From contig OZ024743.1 of assembly GCA_964016885.1 (NCBI GenBank), positions 189,720,001 through 189,784,000 of the forward strand: a stretch of DNA of 64,000 nt, in the 5' to 3' direction. Each line of letters starts with the position of its first letter. Position 1 is the stretch's first letter. Source of the DNA: Eledone cirrhosa (lineage: Eukaryota). Both the position numbers and the translations under genes were made by a program. This document shows positions 37,489-51,260 of the stretch, piece after piece. The notes under the pieces are model-generated. The model was not told where the DNA came from. It worked only from the letters and a program-made list of their open reading frames with translations, and made no database searches.

Positions 37489-38084
37489 TGTTTGAATATG
37501 TGTAGTAAAGCCAAAATAATACAGGTATGGACATAGAAAAAAGAATGCAATTGTAAAACTTATTGTTGACAATTCGTCCTTTACCTTAGATTTATTTAAA
37601 TGTCCTTAATTTTCGAGATAATATCTCTTCTTCAGAGGGAAATAAAGGTCTCAAACCAGCGTTCTAAATATCTTGCCAAGCCTTATCTTCTCACACTCAC
37701 ACACACTCACATACTTACACCTTCATGCATTCTCCCACACACTTATACAGGCATGTATATAAAATAAAAAAATAAAATAAAAAAAACCCTAAACAAACCC
37801 CTTTTAAAGGGAGACTACTCTTTATCCACCTAATTTTAACTCTTTGACATTAGAGATAGAACAGATACTCTATACTATTTCCTGTCAGCATGGCTTGGCA
37901 AGATATTTAGAACGCTGGTTTGAGACCTTTATTTCCCTCTGAAGAAGAGATATTATCTCGAAAATTAAGGACATTTAAATAAATCTAAGGTAAAGGACGA
38001 ATTGTCAACAATATCTTTTACAATTGCATTCTTTTTTCTATGTCCATACCTGCATTGTTTTGGCTTTATTACACATATTCAAAC
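37489..38084. repeat. About 194-bp inverted repeat (37489-37682 / 37892-38084) of a pLTR-like sequence carrying a minimal HHR candidate
   Basis: The arms are near reverse complements. cct CTGAAGA a gaga tatta tctc GAAA at TA agg lies at 37936-37970. Confidence 0.8.
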
Positions 38085-38129
38085 GTTTATACCTCATTAC
38101 ACAATGCTTCAAGTGAACTATAACCTCCT

Positions 38130-38268
<139 letters not shown>

Positions 38269-38281
38269 ATGTGTGTGTTTT

Positions 38282-38312
<31 letters not shown>

Positions 38313-38386
38313 GTATGTATGTGTGTGTGTATATATATATATGTATGTGTGTATGTATATATATATGTATTAAAATAACAGATTAA

Positions 38387-38437
38387 AGTTTAAGCAAAGA
38401 ATCGCTGCTTTCACCCTTAACGGGATCTTCTGAAACT
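38387..38437 (-). ncRNA. Hammerhead-like motif (CAGAAGA core) in the PLE-3 pLTR
   Basis: Identical in core and stems to 15502-15552 and in the sense orientation of PLE-3. Confidence 0.6.
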
Positions 38438-38514
38438 AACAAAGTCAATCTGTCAACGCAGAAGTGAATATTTCAAAAAACGTTGCAACCGGAGGAAGAC
38501 AGGAAGACGATACT

Positions 38515-38795
38515 TTGGTTCGTGGAAACGTTCCCTGGCAAAGAACGGGAAAAAACGAATATAATACGTCATTATTTGGATCGGTGAAAAACAATTACAT
38601 GCAAAGACAAAACCACGTTTATGGTATAAAAGAAGTCGTAGACTAATATTCTATTATGTGGTTCATAGAGACGTTCTCTGGCAATGAACGGAAAAAACGA
38701 AGAAAATACGTCATATGTGGAGCGGGGAGAACAATTGCGCGCAAAGACAAAACCACGTAAATGGTATAACTGAAGTCGTAGACAAGAATTCTAAC
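38515..38795 (-). repeat. Diverged ~145-bp tandem duplication in the PLE-3 3' UTR
   Basis: acgttc.ctggcaa.gaacgg.aaaaacga...gcaaagacaaaaccacgt..atggtataa..gaagtcgtagac occurs twice. Confidence 0.8.
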
Positions 38796-41686
38796 TAGGA
38801 AACCTAATGATTCTCGGTTTCAGAGTTAAGAATAAAATAAATAAAATACAGAGGTAATTGAAATTAAATAAATACATACAGGCATACATAAACGTACATA
38901 CACAAGCATACGCGAAAACACTCGACATAGGTATACAAATACACGCACGTACACACAAAAAAAAACCGCACGCACTTGCAGAACCCACGCAACGCCTGTA
39001 ACCGCACGCATACGAATGTATGCACCAAGTACACATAAAAATATATATTAAAAAAATATATATATATGTGTGTGTGTGTGTGCGTGTATACATATAATTA
39101 AATAAACGTATATAAAAAGCGCACACACATACCTACATGTAAATACACATATGTTCGGAGACGTACGGCAACCAAAACACAAAGCACACATATACACACA
39201 CCCTACATACGTACGAACTCGCATACTAACACAAATGCAAAACTCATGTATACACATAACCAAAAGTATATCTACCAGAATATATACGCCATAACATATA
39301 CAAGCAAATATACGTACGTGAAAGTATACGTACCTTCAGAAAACATACAGGTAATATATACTTACCTATACAAATAAGTAGTGGTATAAACATAACATAT
39401 ACTTAGCTACCACATCAAGACGTTAAATATCCACGTATAGTTCGTACTATCCGTTAGGGTATAATGTGGGGCTGTAATACAGGAGAGTTTTGTGCAATTT
39501 ATGTTTACAAGTCGAAATTGCCTCAGATTTTTTGTTTAAGATGTGGTCTTTGGCGTAGAATATTTCCAGGGCCTCAGCGGTGCAGAGGTCACATGGTCTT
39601 TTATTTCCGTTATACGATCTAGCCCTAACTAGGATCTCCCAGTGTAACTTATATTGAGCGTGGTTGTCTTTTAGACTCCAGATATAAGCTGAAAGTGACG
39701 TCATATTCCTTCTTAAAGGGTAACGAAAAGAATGGGTATGCATGTAAAGACGCTGCTTGAATCTATTGGCGGTTAACCTATGTAGGCCCTACGGGACGAG
39801 GGTGTTTCAACCTTACATTTGTAGACAATGTTGCTAGAGAGGCATTTCCCGGATAGCGGGCAGTTAACCCGATTCCTACAATTACAGTTAGTACTAACTA
39901 CAGGGTTGCACGTGTTCCTACGGCTAGGTAGTTTAGCTAAATTTGAAGCTGTGATGTTATGTGCAAGGTTAGGAGTCGTAGAGTAAGAAATTTTAATAGT
40001 ATTTCTATTAAAAATGTTACTATATTTATGTGTTGGGAGAAAATGCTTCGTAATAAGGGATAGAATGATCTTAGCTAATGGTGTGGTCACCTCCATATTA
40101 TATGGTGGGTTATACCATATAATGCGTCGGGATCTATTTCTTCTAGGTCTATTCTCGTACTCTGTATATGCTACCTTATCGACAAATCCAATCCGAGCAA
40201 CAGCTTCATTGTAATATGTGGAATAGTCGTTGAAAATATGCTCGTTAGTAGATAGACGGGAAAGCCTCAAAGAAACGTTTCTTACGAGGTTCTTGGTTAT
40301 GCTGGCAGGATGGTTAGAATGCTTACTTATGTAATTAAGCGTATCATTCGGCTTTCTATACGGGTAATTCAAGCCATTCAATAAATTGAGGGTAACGTCG
40401 AGGCAATTAACGACCGTGAGGTTGGCCTCAACCTGTATGGAGAGGTTGAAGCCTTTAAAGAAGGATGTGAGTTCTTTTCTGAACCTGTCGCAAGCACGTG
40501 GGCCACACTTAGTCATGGTCAAAAGACCATCATCACGGTACAAACCACCGCCCACGTTGGGGAATTCTTCCTTGATAGAGAAAAGAAGGAAAAGGCCGAT
40601 AAGATCAGTAACCTCCGCAGAAACACTGGCGCCCATATTCACGTCGAATGGGGTACTATTAGATTTTTTAATCCAAATAGAGTCGTCGAAATTAATCACC
40701 GACTTACGGGCATTGAGGATGACATCAACTTCGAAATCCTTAACCACTGTGAGCGTTTTAGCGAAATTGATAGCTCTAAGAAGAAGTGGTAAAGTGATGG
40801 AGGAGCAGTAATTATTGATGTCGAATTGGATAAAACGGCAATGATCCTTGTTGCATATGCCGTTGAACCAATCAATCACCGCGAAAGAATTGTTCCACAG
40901 TGCAAGAGGGGCCAAACTTCTAATTTCAGGTATAATTCTATCAAGAATCCTTTTACTAAGTCTACCTAAATCGGACTTCGTAAGGTTAATAAGCCGAATA
41001 GAGAGGTTGTTCGAAAAATGTGTGATCCTTCAGGGTAAAGTGGGGAGAAATAGGGTCCAGAGGTTCAGTCCTGTCCAGGGTGTTGAGATCAGAGGTGATT
41101 TTAAACCCAGCATCGTTGATTTCATTAATGACGCTCCGATTAGTTTTACGGTAATCCTTAGTTACAGCATTATGTAGCAGTTGATGGTAAGTACTGCGTT
41201 CCATTTGATATAGATTGCCAGTTTTGTCGGAATGGACGTGCACGGCATTATAATCCTTAATAGAACGAATTCTATTCTTCAGGTCCTGCTGGAAGAAATT
41301 GCTCCTATTCCGAAATTTGATACTCCATATGAGTTCCAAAACATCATTTTCGAAGGGTAGCAATGCTGGGTTACTCGGAGGGTTATTATAGGTTTTAAAC
41401 CAAAATTGATCCTCTTTGTTGTCTGCTTTTCCCTGATTATCGAAATAAAAGGCACGCCAACGCAACCTTTTAATGGACGCGTCTGTTTTCTGTATCAGGA
41501 GTTTTAGGTATGTTTTTCTGCTTGCTACATGTATATTCTTTGTAGAAATATTCAGATGTTGTTTCTGCATGATGAATATAAGCCAATAGAGTGCTCAACC
41601 GAAGGAGCCAAATAGTAATAATAATAAATTTGAAGACTAGTGTGTATGTGTATGTATGTATATGTGTATATGTATGTATGTGTATG

Positions 41687-41779
<93 letters not shown>

Positions 41780-41786
41780 ATGTGTG

Positions 41787-41833
<47 letters not shown>

Positions 41834-41840
41834 ATGTGTG

Positions 41841-41880
<40 letters not shown>

Positions 41881-41883
<3 letters not shown>

Positions 41884-43005
41884 CAAAGGAATTGTGGTAA
41901 GGAACCAGATGGACTATAACGCACCAGAGTACTCAATACTTAGGGTAGTAGAGTGGGAAATAGGAAAAAGTATGACCCCGACGGCAGAGCTCAAGCCTTT
42001 TCGACGGCTATTTCTGGACTAAATTGGAATTTTTAGCCTGGTGAATAAATAGCCGAACTTGTCAAGGGGGTACTTCCTTATATGGGGAGATTGTAGTTGT
42101 CAAGAGGATTGGTTAAAAGTTGTTGTAAACACAAATAAGTCTATCATGGCATTTGGTGGGAGGTAGGTGTGGCTGAACTTGCCTGTAGAACAATAGGGGA
42201 GTGAGTGGACCGGTCAAGCGTTGAAAGAGATATGTATACAGCAGATTCTAAGTATAGTGTATGAATTGGAGGAGGGAGGTTATAGAATAGGTAAACCGAA
42301 TGAGAGTAGGAGATAATAAAAGATAATAGAAAAAAAAAAATAAATAAATAAATAAAAATATATATAGTGAGAAAAGAATAAAAAAAATCACAATACTATC
42401 ATACAATTACAGGTGAATAAGTTGAGAATAGAAAAAATTTGTAGGAATTGAGTAGTACCAGAACTGATACAAAACTAAAGGGGTTTAACACGTCTGCTAT
42501 AAGTAGTTAGTAAAACGTATTCGGCCAATTCTATCTTAAAATTACGGGGGTGGGGAAAGTGATGCTACAGAGGCCCGACGGGCTGCATCGGAGTAGGCGA
42601 AAGGGGAAAAGTAGACGAGGAAGAAATAGGGTGTGGAAGAAAGCGATAGGATGAGACAGGGGGAAGACGAAGACAAAGAGGTAAAGAAAAGAAAAGAGAT
42701 ACATCTACCTAAGTAAGCTGGGGTTTCCCGTAACTTATTCGGTAAGTGGTTTGAGGGTGAGTTATGGGGTTTGAGGGCGAGGTAAGTCCTACGCAATCTG
42801 TGTTTGCATGCGGTTACCTGTTCGTCATTCTTGTTTAGTAGTTGGTCTTTCGAAAACAGCATTTGTAATGTTTCCTCCGAGCATAAGTTACATGGACGGC
42901 GTCCTCTCGTGTAAGAGTTAGCTCTGGACAGTAAGCTCCAAGTGAGATTGTAGGTTTATATTATTATCTTGGAAATCCCAGATGTGGCCCGAAAGTGTAG
43001 TGGCA

Positions 43006-43006
<1 letters not shown>
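41881..43006 (-). mobile_element. Penelope-like element PLE-4: endonuclease C-terminal fragment plus pLTR
   Basis: Minus strand [38 protein letters not shown], then a UTR and HHR. Confidence 0.85.
41975..42070 (-). ncRNA. Hammerhead ribozyme, U3:A8 variant with ~56-nt stem II
   Basis: cccc TTGACAA g ttcggctattt..ggctaaa..tttagtcc..aaatagccgtc GAAA aggc ttgagctct gcc GTC gggg. Confidence 0.75.
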
Positions 43007-43846
<840 letters not shown>

Positions 43847-43854
43847 AATGTGTC

Positions 43855-44430
43855 TGTTGACACCTGGAATAGAGCTTAAGAGAAATATGACAATAATGAT
43901 ATGATAGGCACTCAATATTTTGAACTGGTTTCTAGAATTCTCTTGGCCTTTGTCACTCTAAGTAGAGCTTTAAAGAATTAGCTTTTAAAGAATTTCCCTT
44001 TTCTTTAAATCCATCAACCATGACCGACCCCCAACCATCTTATAGACACCTGAAATATAGGCATTGTTAGCTTAAGAGAAACTTAAAAATATGGAGTGGC
44101 ACCCCATTCTGAACTTGTTTATAGAATTCTTTCTGCCATTGTCACTCTAAATATAAATTATAGCCTTAAAGAATTAGCTTTTAATGAATTCCCTTTTCTG
44201 TCAACCAATGACCTCCACCCATCCCACTCCCCACCCCCTCACACCACATGAAAAGATATAAATACCACAACATTTATTTTTGGAAAGCCAGATTCCTGAT
44301 GATTTCTAAAGTATGAAACAGTTCTAGTCCTGTAGAATCTCATCTATATTAAAACTTTTATACTCTGCTATGTATTGAGTACCTTGCTTATTGTGGTTAC
44401 CTCCGATTCAACCCGGAATAACTTACCTAT
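43855..44430 (+). mobile_element. Non-coding pLTR/retrozyme-like unit: diverged ~187-bp duplication followed by an HHR
   Basis: gacacctg..agcttaagagaaa..gaact.gttt.tagaattct..tgtcactctaa..ttaaagaattagcttttaa occurs twice (about 43859 and 44045). Confidence 0.55.
44290..44340 (+). ncRNA. Canonical type I hammerhead ribozyme
   Basis: agattc CTGATGA tttctaaagtat GAAA cag ttctagtc ctg TA gaatct, with a 6-bp stem I, paired stem III and a weak stem II. Confidence 0.8.
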
Positions 44431-44569
44431 ATATATATATTTGTCCATTTCAAACATTTTGTTCCATTTTTTCCTTCTCCCACTCTCGTTTATCCTTCTT
44501 TTTCTTCTCTCCATCATACTATTTTCTGATGAAGGACTAACCTCCAAAATTGCAATATGTGTATGGTCA

Positions 44570-45403
44570 ACACAAAACTTTACACTAAGAGTTTTCTCCT
44601 TCAAAGTAATCCCCCTGAAGTCTAATGCACTTTTCCATCCTTTTCTGTCACGCTTGCATGCATTCCTGGAAGGATCCTTCCGGGATTCTCCGCAGTTCTG
44701 TCGTCACGGCCTTTTTGATGTCGTCCACATCTGCAAAACGGGTCCCCTCTGCGTCGTACTCGAAGATCCATGACTCATCACCGGTGATGATTGTCCCTAG
44801 CAAGTCTGGTTCGGTTTCAAGACGCAGAGGATGTCCTGGCACACTTGCATGCGTCGACCCATCTGGACATCGTTCAGCAGTTTTGGCACCATCTTGCGCA
44901 GACTTTCCACATGTCCAAATCTTCAGTGAGAATCTTCCAGACGCTGTCCTGATTCATGCCCAGCTCATTTGCTATCAGTCGAACAGTGACGCGTTCAACG
45001 TTGACCTCAGTCCTGGTTGTTGAGGGCCTTCCTCTCATGGGGTCATCTTCCACGTGCTCGCGTCCTTCTTTAAACCTCTTGCACCACTCAAAAACACGTG
45101 AGCGTGACATCGTCTCATCTCCATGCACTTGCTGCAGCAATCAGTGCTTCTGAAAGAGTTTTCTCCAACCGTACCCACCAGAAACTTTAAGTTTGTTCGT
45201 TGCTCTGTGCTCATTGCTTGACGACCTGAAACAGAGGACATGTATATAAAACTATGGAGAAAAAATTTGATCGCTGCAGAGAGCTAAATTACAGTTACAT
45301 ACTCTAGGGTGATTCCTTTGAAGGAGAAAACTCTTAGTGTGAAGTTTGGGTTTGAAATAAATATTTTGTGACATCAGTCCTGGAACTTTTCTGAAACACC
45401 TCA
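44570..45403 (-). mobile_element. Tc1/mariner (mariner) transposon relic with internal deletion
   Basis: MSTEQRTNLKFLV, MSRSRVFEWCKRFKEGREHVEDDP..GRPST, IITGDESWIFEYD, GTRFADVDDIK. TIR gaggtgtttcagaaaagttcc.ggact next to TA; the subterminal IR cactaagagttttctcc is present at both ends. Confidence 0.9.
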
Positions 45404-45418
45404 TATATATATATATGC

Positions 45419-45631
45419 CAGACTGAGGTGGTATGGACATGTGATGCGCATGGAGGATGACCGATGGGTGAAGAAGTGCCAGGAAATGCCAGTTGAAGGA
45501 AGACGTGGTAGAGGTAGACCACGAAAAACATGAAGCTCACGGTGGAGTAGACGAAGGACCGTGACAAGTGGAGAGATGCTGTGCTGAATAAAACCCGTCC
45601 CACCCTTGCAAGCAGGGAAGAGCGGACGTAA

Positions 45632-45665
<34 letters not shown>
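45419..45665 (+). mobile_element. RTE LINE family 2, short 3' fragment
   Basis: Nearly identical to 21340-21613 with a deletion; (ATG)n tail, flanked by (TA)n. Confidence 0.9.
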
Positions 45666-45666
<1 letters not shown>

Positions 45667-46355
45667 ATATATATATATATAGAGAGAGAGAGGTGTATGC
45701 AGAGTGGGAGAAAGAAAAGTGCATGAGTTACATAATAACAGTTTTTACATTTCATTTTCATTAAAGAAATAGTCTATCGATTGTTAGTGTGTTGATATAC
45801 GAAACAAATCTGTATTTAATCCAATTTATATTTGGTGAATTAGTACACAAATGTCACGTACTTGATCAAAGCAAGACCTAATTATAACAGGAAAATGTAC
45901 TGAAAGACTTGATGATAGGAATAACATAAGTGAATAAAAAATACAATAATTAAAGAGATAACTGAATAAAAACATCAAAATATAAATAGATGCTAGAAAA
46001 TACTAATAGCAATTGTTATTTGATAATTGCAAGCTTTTTATAGCATACTTCTGAGTCTTTTAAAAGGGAAACGTGTGTTGCAATCACTAAGTATGAAGGT
46101 GCCATTTATATTTCTTTTTCTTTACGTAGTTTGTCTAGGATTCTTATATTGGATATGATCTATAACCCTGCATGAGTATTGTAAACATTTAAAGAGAAAA
46201 AACTAGTTTTTGCATACAAAAGTAATAAGGAATATATAGCACTAACAGCAATGATGAACACACCCTCAAGAAAATAATAAATACAGAAAGAAAATTTTCA
46301 TTTCAAACAAGCATTAAGGCTGAAAGGAAGTATCACACACACACACACACAACAT

Positions 46356-46388
<33 letters not shown>

Positions 46389-46535
46389 CATATACACAAA
46401 TACACTCACATCTATATATATGTGTATATATACATATATATATATACATATACAGAAATATACTTGTGAAAAATATATGTTTATATATACATGTATATGT
46501 ATGTATGCACATATATCTGTATACCTCTCATTATT

Positions 46536-46726
46536 GCGGTGGATTGGCAGTATCGGTAGCGAGTCGGACGCCATGCTTTGCAGCATAGAGTTACGGCCCT
46601 TTATGATCTGAGTTCAAATCCCGCCGAGGTTAACTTTGCCTTTCATCCTTATGGGGTCGATAAAATAAAGTACCAGTAATGTACTGGATAATTGCTGGCC
46701 TTGTGCCAAAAGTAGAAACAATTATT
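46536..46726 (+). mobile_element. SINE family A, well-preserved copy
   Basis: A-box tggcagtatcgg, B-box gagttcaaatccc, gcctttcatcctt..ggggtcgataaaataaagtaccag central domain. Confidence 0.9.
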
Positions 46727-46731
46727 GTCTC

Positions 46732-47138
46732 TAACTCCCTCACGGTAGAGTAACCACGGAAGTATAGTGACTGCTTTCAAGCAAACACTATATACACATC
46801 TAGTCAACCTTACAACCCCTCTGTAGCCTCTGTATCATATTAATATCACCCTCCGCCTTCTGAGATATTTTTCACTGCTACAAGGGATTAATCCCCTTTC
46901 TTGACCGGTATATCACGTGATAGAGTCTCCCTCCACCTTTTTGAGATTTTCTCGCTTGCTACGGACGTATGTAGTTAGGGCTCTTCCCCGAGGTGCTCCC
47001 TTGATAAGCTGGCTTACCTCACAACAATGTTACATATCTATGATATAACATTTTCGCATAGTGACCAGCGAAACTGTACAGTCGGGACGAAGAAAACATA
47101 GGTATATTGTGTCTATTATTCCTTATTTTATAATATTT

Positions 47139-47140
<2 letters not shown>
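46732..47140 (+). mobile_element. pLTR/retrozyme-like unit homologous to the 590-bp repeat at 61325-62640
   Basis: Shares taactccctc, the doubled ccctcc.cct motif, tttct.gaccg.tatatc.cgtga and a TTGATAA HHR. Confidence 0.75.
46997..47087 (+). ncRNA. Hammerhead ribozyme, U3:A8 variant with 62-nt stem II
   Basis: tccc TTGATAA gctgg...aatgtta..taacatt...ccagc GAAAC tgtaca GTC ggga. Predicted cleavage after 47083. Confidence 0.85.
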
Positions 47141-47190
<50 letters not shown>

Positions 47191-47260
47191 GGAGGTGAGT
47201 TTTATTGTAGTACAATAATTGGATACCTTTTGATGGTCTTTTACCTTTTTCTTCTACAAC

Positions 47261-49648
47261 ATGGATTATTACAACATAACCAATTCAACTAAAAACATTC
47301 CTATACCTGGTAAATCTGAATTCACCAAACTTCTAATTGAAAAAACTGACTCCTTTGTAAGAAAGCTTAGATGGATAGCTTATTTCTATGATCAGCGCCG
47401 AAAAGGGAACTTTTATACCAAGGAACATAACTTCCTCGATCATCTATTTAACTCTAGAAGAAATCCTCCTTCCAACAAAAATCTAGTGCAATTCGAGGAA
47501 GAGTTAACAAAAATTATAAAAAATCTTAAATTCAAGAGATACCCTTACAAAGGACAAGAGCACCTTGTAAATCTCAAGAACACAATTTCAAACCTAAATT
47601 TCTCAAAAAATGTTTTAGTCCACTCTGACAAAACCAATAATTTATATGGCATTTCCAAGGATAACTATAACAACCTTATCCTAAAGGAACTTAGGAAAAA
47701 ATATCGTAAAACCAACCATGATAATTTAGAATCCATAAACTTTGAAGCTTCTGAGATTATGTTAAAACTTGGCATCGGAAAAAAGACCGAACCATTCCTC
47801 CCAAGAACTCCGAGGATAAATCTCAAGGATCACAAAAACAATTTTCGTACTGAACTGCCTGTTAGATTAATCGCCCCCTCTAAATCAGATCTGGGGGTTG
47901 TTAGCAAAGCCATCTTGGCTAGAATTATCCCACAGGTTCGTTCTAATTGCTCTTCTTTGAAGTTAAATTTATGGTTTGGTACTTCTGAAGTGATTGGCTG
48001 GTTCAACAAATTGAATAATAAAAACAAACTAAAATTTGTTCAATTTGATATTGCCAGCTACTATTCTTCTATTTCGCCTTCACTTCTCAACAATGCTCTA
48101 TCTTTCGCATTTAAATATTCTGACATCACCACAGATGAACTTCACATCATTCTCACCGCACGTAAAACCATCCTAGAGTTCAACAATGAATATTGGACCA
48201 GAGCTGATACCTCTAACAACTTCGACATCACAATGGGAGCATCCGATTCATCCCAATTGACAGATTTAATTGGTATCTTTATTTTGAACTCTTTGAGTCG
48301 CAAAATTCCTCAACTTCGCGGTGGAATTTATCGTGACGATGGACTCTTTACTATCTTAAATTGCAACATAGTTAACCTTAATATTATTAAGAACAATATA
48401 CGTAATCTCTTTAACCAACATAACTTAAAAATTGAATTTGATAACAGCATCAAACTAGCTAATTTCTTGGATGTATCTCTTAATCTTGACACTGGCCTAT
48501 ATTACCCTTATCATAACAAAATGAGAACCTAAATTATGTTAATTTTAAATCTAACCACCCCCACTAATATTAAGAATGCTATAGTTAGTAATATTGGAAA
48601 AAGAATATGTAACCTATCTTCTAATAAAAACATCTCTGATGCTAACGCCAATTACTATAATAACGCGCTTTCTAAAGCCGGCTATCCTGATAAAATCAAA
48701 TATAGTAATGAAACAAATTCTAGAAGATCTTACAGTAGAATAATTAATCATGATCATTCTAATAACTTTAATAAAAGACCTAGATACAAAAACATAATCT
48801 GGTATAATGCTCCTTTCTCCATCTCTATTAATAATAATATTCCTAAATTATTCTTTAGTGCCTTCAATAAATGCTTCCCCCCCTCACATATCTATAGTAA
48901 AATATTTAACAAACACACTATAAAATTTTCCTATTCGACCTCCTCCAACATTTCCAACATTATCTCTAAACACAACAATAAAATACTAAATACTAAATCT
49001 CTTCCATCCAACACTGAATATCATAATAATAGTAATAGTACTCTCGACGTCATTGTAAACTCTAGGCTAATTTCTGCAAACCCAAATACAACGTCAAACA
49101 CAACTTCGCTAAATCAAGAAACTATTATTCCTATCGTAAATAACTTCTCCAATCCAATTCCTTCTATAGATAACACTAGGTCACTCGTTAATAACTCTGC
49201 TAATCTCTCTAATCGCAATTGCAATTGCCCTGTTAAAAATAAATGTCCTCTCAACAACCATTGTCTTGAAAAAAACTTAATCTACGAATGTAAAGTTATA
49301 ACTGACACCAATTCCTTCACCTATTTTGGCTCCACTTCCACCTCCTTTAAAGCTCGTCTTTATAATCATCATTCGTCTTTTAAATACCAATTTAAAAGAA
49401 CCAACACGGCACTCTCAGAACTCATATGGTCCTTGAAAGACAAAAATATTAAATATAACATCTCTTGGAAAAAGGTTTCTTCTGCTTCTCCATACTTGAA
49501 CAGTTCTCTATCCAAGACTTGCAATCTCTGTTTAAATGAAAAATTTACCATTATTTCTAATTTAGATTCTATAATAAAGAGACGCACTGACTTGTTTTCT
49601 ATCTGCTTGCATAAATTCCACAGAACATTCCATAAAGTATACAGCTAA
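47261..49648 (+). CDS. Penelope-like element PLE-5 RT + GIY-YIG polyprotein (Naiad-type), nearly intact
   Basis: STKNIPIP, KLRWIAYFY, HSDKTNNLY, FVQFDI, MGASDS, GGIYRDDGL, CNCPVKNKCPLNNHC, LIYEC..YFG, CNLCLNE, CLH. The two listed ORFs share a frame and are broken only by a compensated -1/+1 indel pair at about 48514-48562. Confidence 0.93.
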
Positions 49649-50086
49649 TATCTAATTCTTTATCAATTTAAAATCCTTTTCTCAAAGGCACTTATTTATA
49701 TATACCTATTTAAAATATACCCACCTTTCTACCTTATTTCAAAGTTATTTATTATACATTATATAATACTAGTTACTCATTCTATATCACTCCTATTTAT
49801 CACTTCCCTTTCTTCTTTTCCTTTTCTTTTCCTTTTTCTTTTAATTTCTAACCCCTAATCTGTACCTTTTCTCATTGTGCCTAACATGGAAACAATTATT
49901 ACACAGTACAATATATTCTTACTTTATATCACCTTCAAAAAAATCCTTCGTAAACATAAACATTTTTTTGACGTTAGATTATTCATCCTCAATTCATTAT
50001 TTTTTCTCCCTTTCATCTAACTTATTCATCCTATCTTCTACTTCTTTCACAATATATCCTTACTTACATTACTATTGTTTTTTTTA

Positions 50087-50260
50087 ATAATACATATCAA
50101 CATTTTCTTTCCATCGCACATATTATTAAACCCTTAAATATTATTCTTAATACATATTAACATTTTCTTTCCATCGCACATATTATTAAACCCTTAAATA
50201 TTATTCTTAATACATATTAACAATTTCTTTTCATCGCACATATTATTAAACCCTTCAATA
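50087..50260 (+). repeat. 60-bp tandem repeat (about 3 copies) in the PLE-5 3' UTR
   Basis: aacattttctttccatcgcacatattattaaacccttaaatattattcttaatacatatt repeated. Confidence 0.9.
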
Positions 50261-50717
50261 TACAAACCTTAACTTAACATTATTTTTCTCTTCGTTAATT
50301 TTCAAATTCTTTTAATTTATATATTATCTTCCAACGGTTTTTCAACCTCTCTATGTAAAACAATATATTTTCCTCAATTATAAAAGCTATCCTTCTCTCT
50401 CTATCACCCATCTCTCCTCCTATCTCATCCTTCCTCATTATACTCCTCCCCTCCACTTTTTACTCTCATCTCCTCCTCTTTTTAATCCTTTCCAACCTCC
50501 CCCTCCTCAAAAAATCTTTTTTCCCAATATCACACATCAATCTAAAACTACTTTTCATATGTTGATTTAAAACTGCACTATTCACAAGTGTTTTTTTAAC
50601 CTTCATATAATGTCTTCCTATTTTATCTGTTGAAAACACAAATGTTATTGCATGATGAAATTTGTTTTTGAAATGCGCATAATAAAATACATGGAACTCT
50701 TTTAACCATCTTTTGAT

Positions 50718-50801
<84 letters not shown>

Positions 50802-50810
50802 TACATATGA

Positions 50811-50895
<85 letters not shown>

Positions 50896-51087
50896 GAATG
50901 TTTAAGTATCGAGAGAGAGAAAAAAGGGAAGATAAGCGATGCAAATATTTAGTTGCCAATAGTTTGTGCAAATGTGCTCAATACTTGTGCCTACAGCACA
51001 TGTACTCAAGCGAAGAATGAACTCTGATGTGAATTTAACCTTAAATCCCCTGCTGGGTTGCGCACTGATCATTTTTTTTTGTTTTCT

Positions 51088-51133
51088 ATGCCCTTGAGAA
51101 GCCCGTCCTGGGCGAAAACGTACGTAGGTGCAT
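51088..51133 (+). ncRNA. Hammerhead ribozyme, U3:A8 variant with short stem II
   Basis: atgccc TTGAGAA gccc gtcct gggc GAAA(A)C gtac GTA ggtgcat, with one extra A in the GAAA box. Confidence 0.7.
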
Positions 51134-51260
51134 TCTTATATAAACAGGTTTTAACGGTATTTATTCCTTTGTATTCATTTCTTTTATATATACATATATA
51201 TACGCATATATACATATATATATATACATATATATATTCACACATATATATATATATATA

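Larger units (their letters stand above)
38370..41640 (-). mobile_element. Penelope-like element PLE-3 (Naiad-type), full-length ORF 41570-39447 with two frameshifts
   Basis: STKNIH, RLRWRAFYF, HSDKTGNLY, FIQFDI, GGLYRDDGL, CNCRNRVNCPLSGKC, IVYKC..AYIG, CDLC..E, CKH. Frameshifts at about 41020 and 39775. The 3' UTR/pLTR runs to about 38370. Confidence 0.95.

Noticed and set aside
45765-45822. Possible HHR 3' half (hairpin + GAAAC aaatct GTA)
   Set aside because: No CUGANGA or UUGANAA box upstream.
46536-46625. tRNA genes at SINE heads
   Set aside because: A/B boxes run straight into SINE bodies in many dispersed copies, with no complete cloverleaf.
50087-50260. CRISPR-like array
   Set aside because: Head-to-tail repeats without unique spacers, in eukaryotic DNA with no cas genes.
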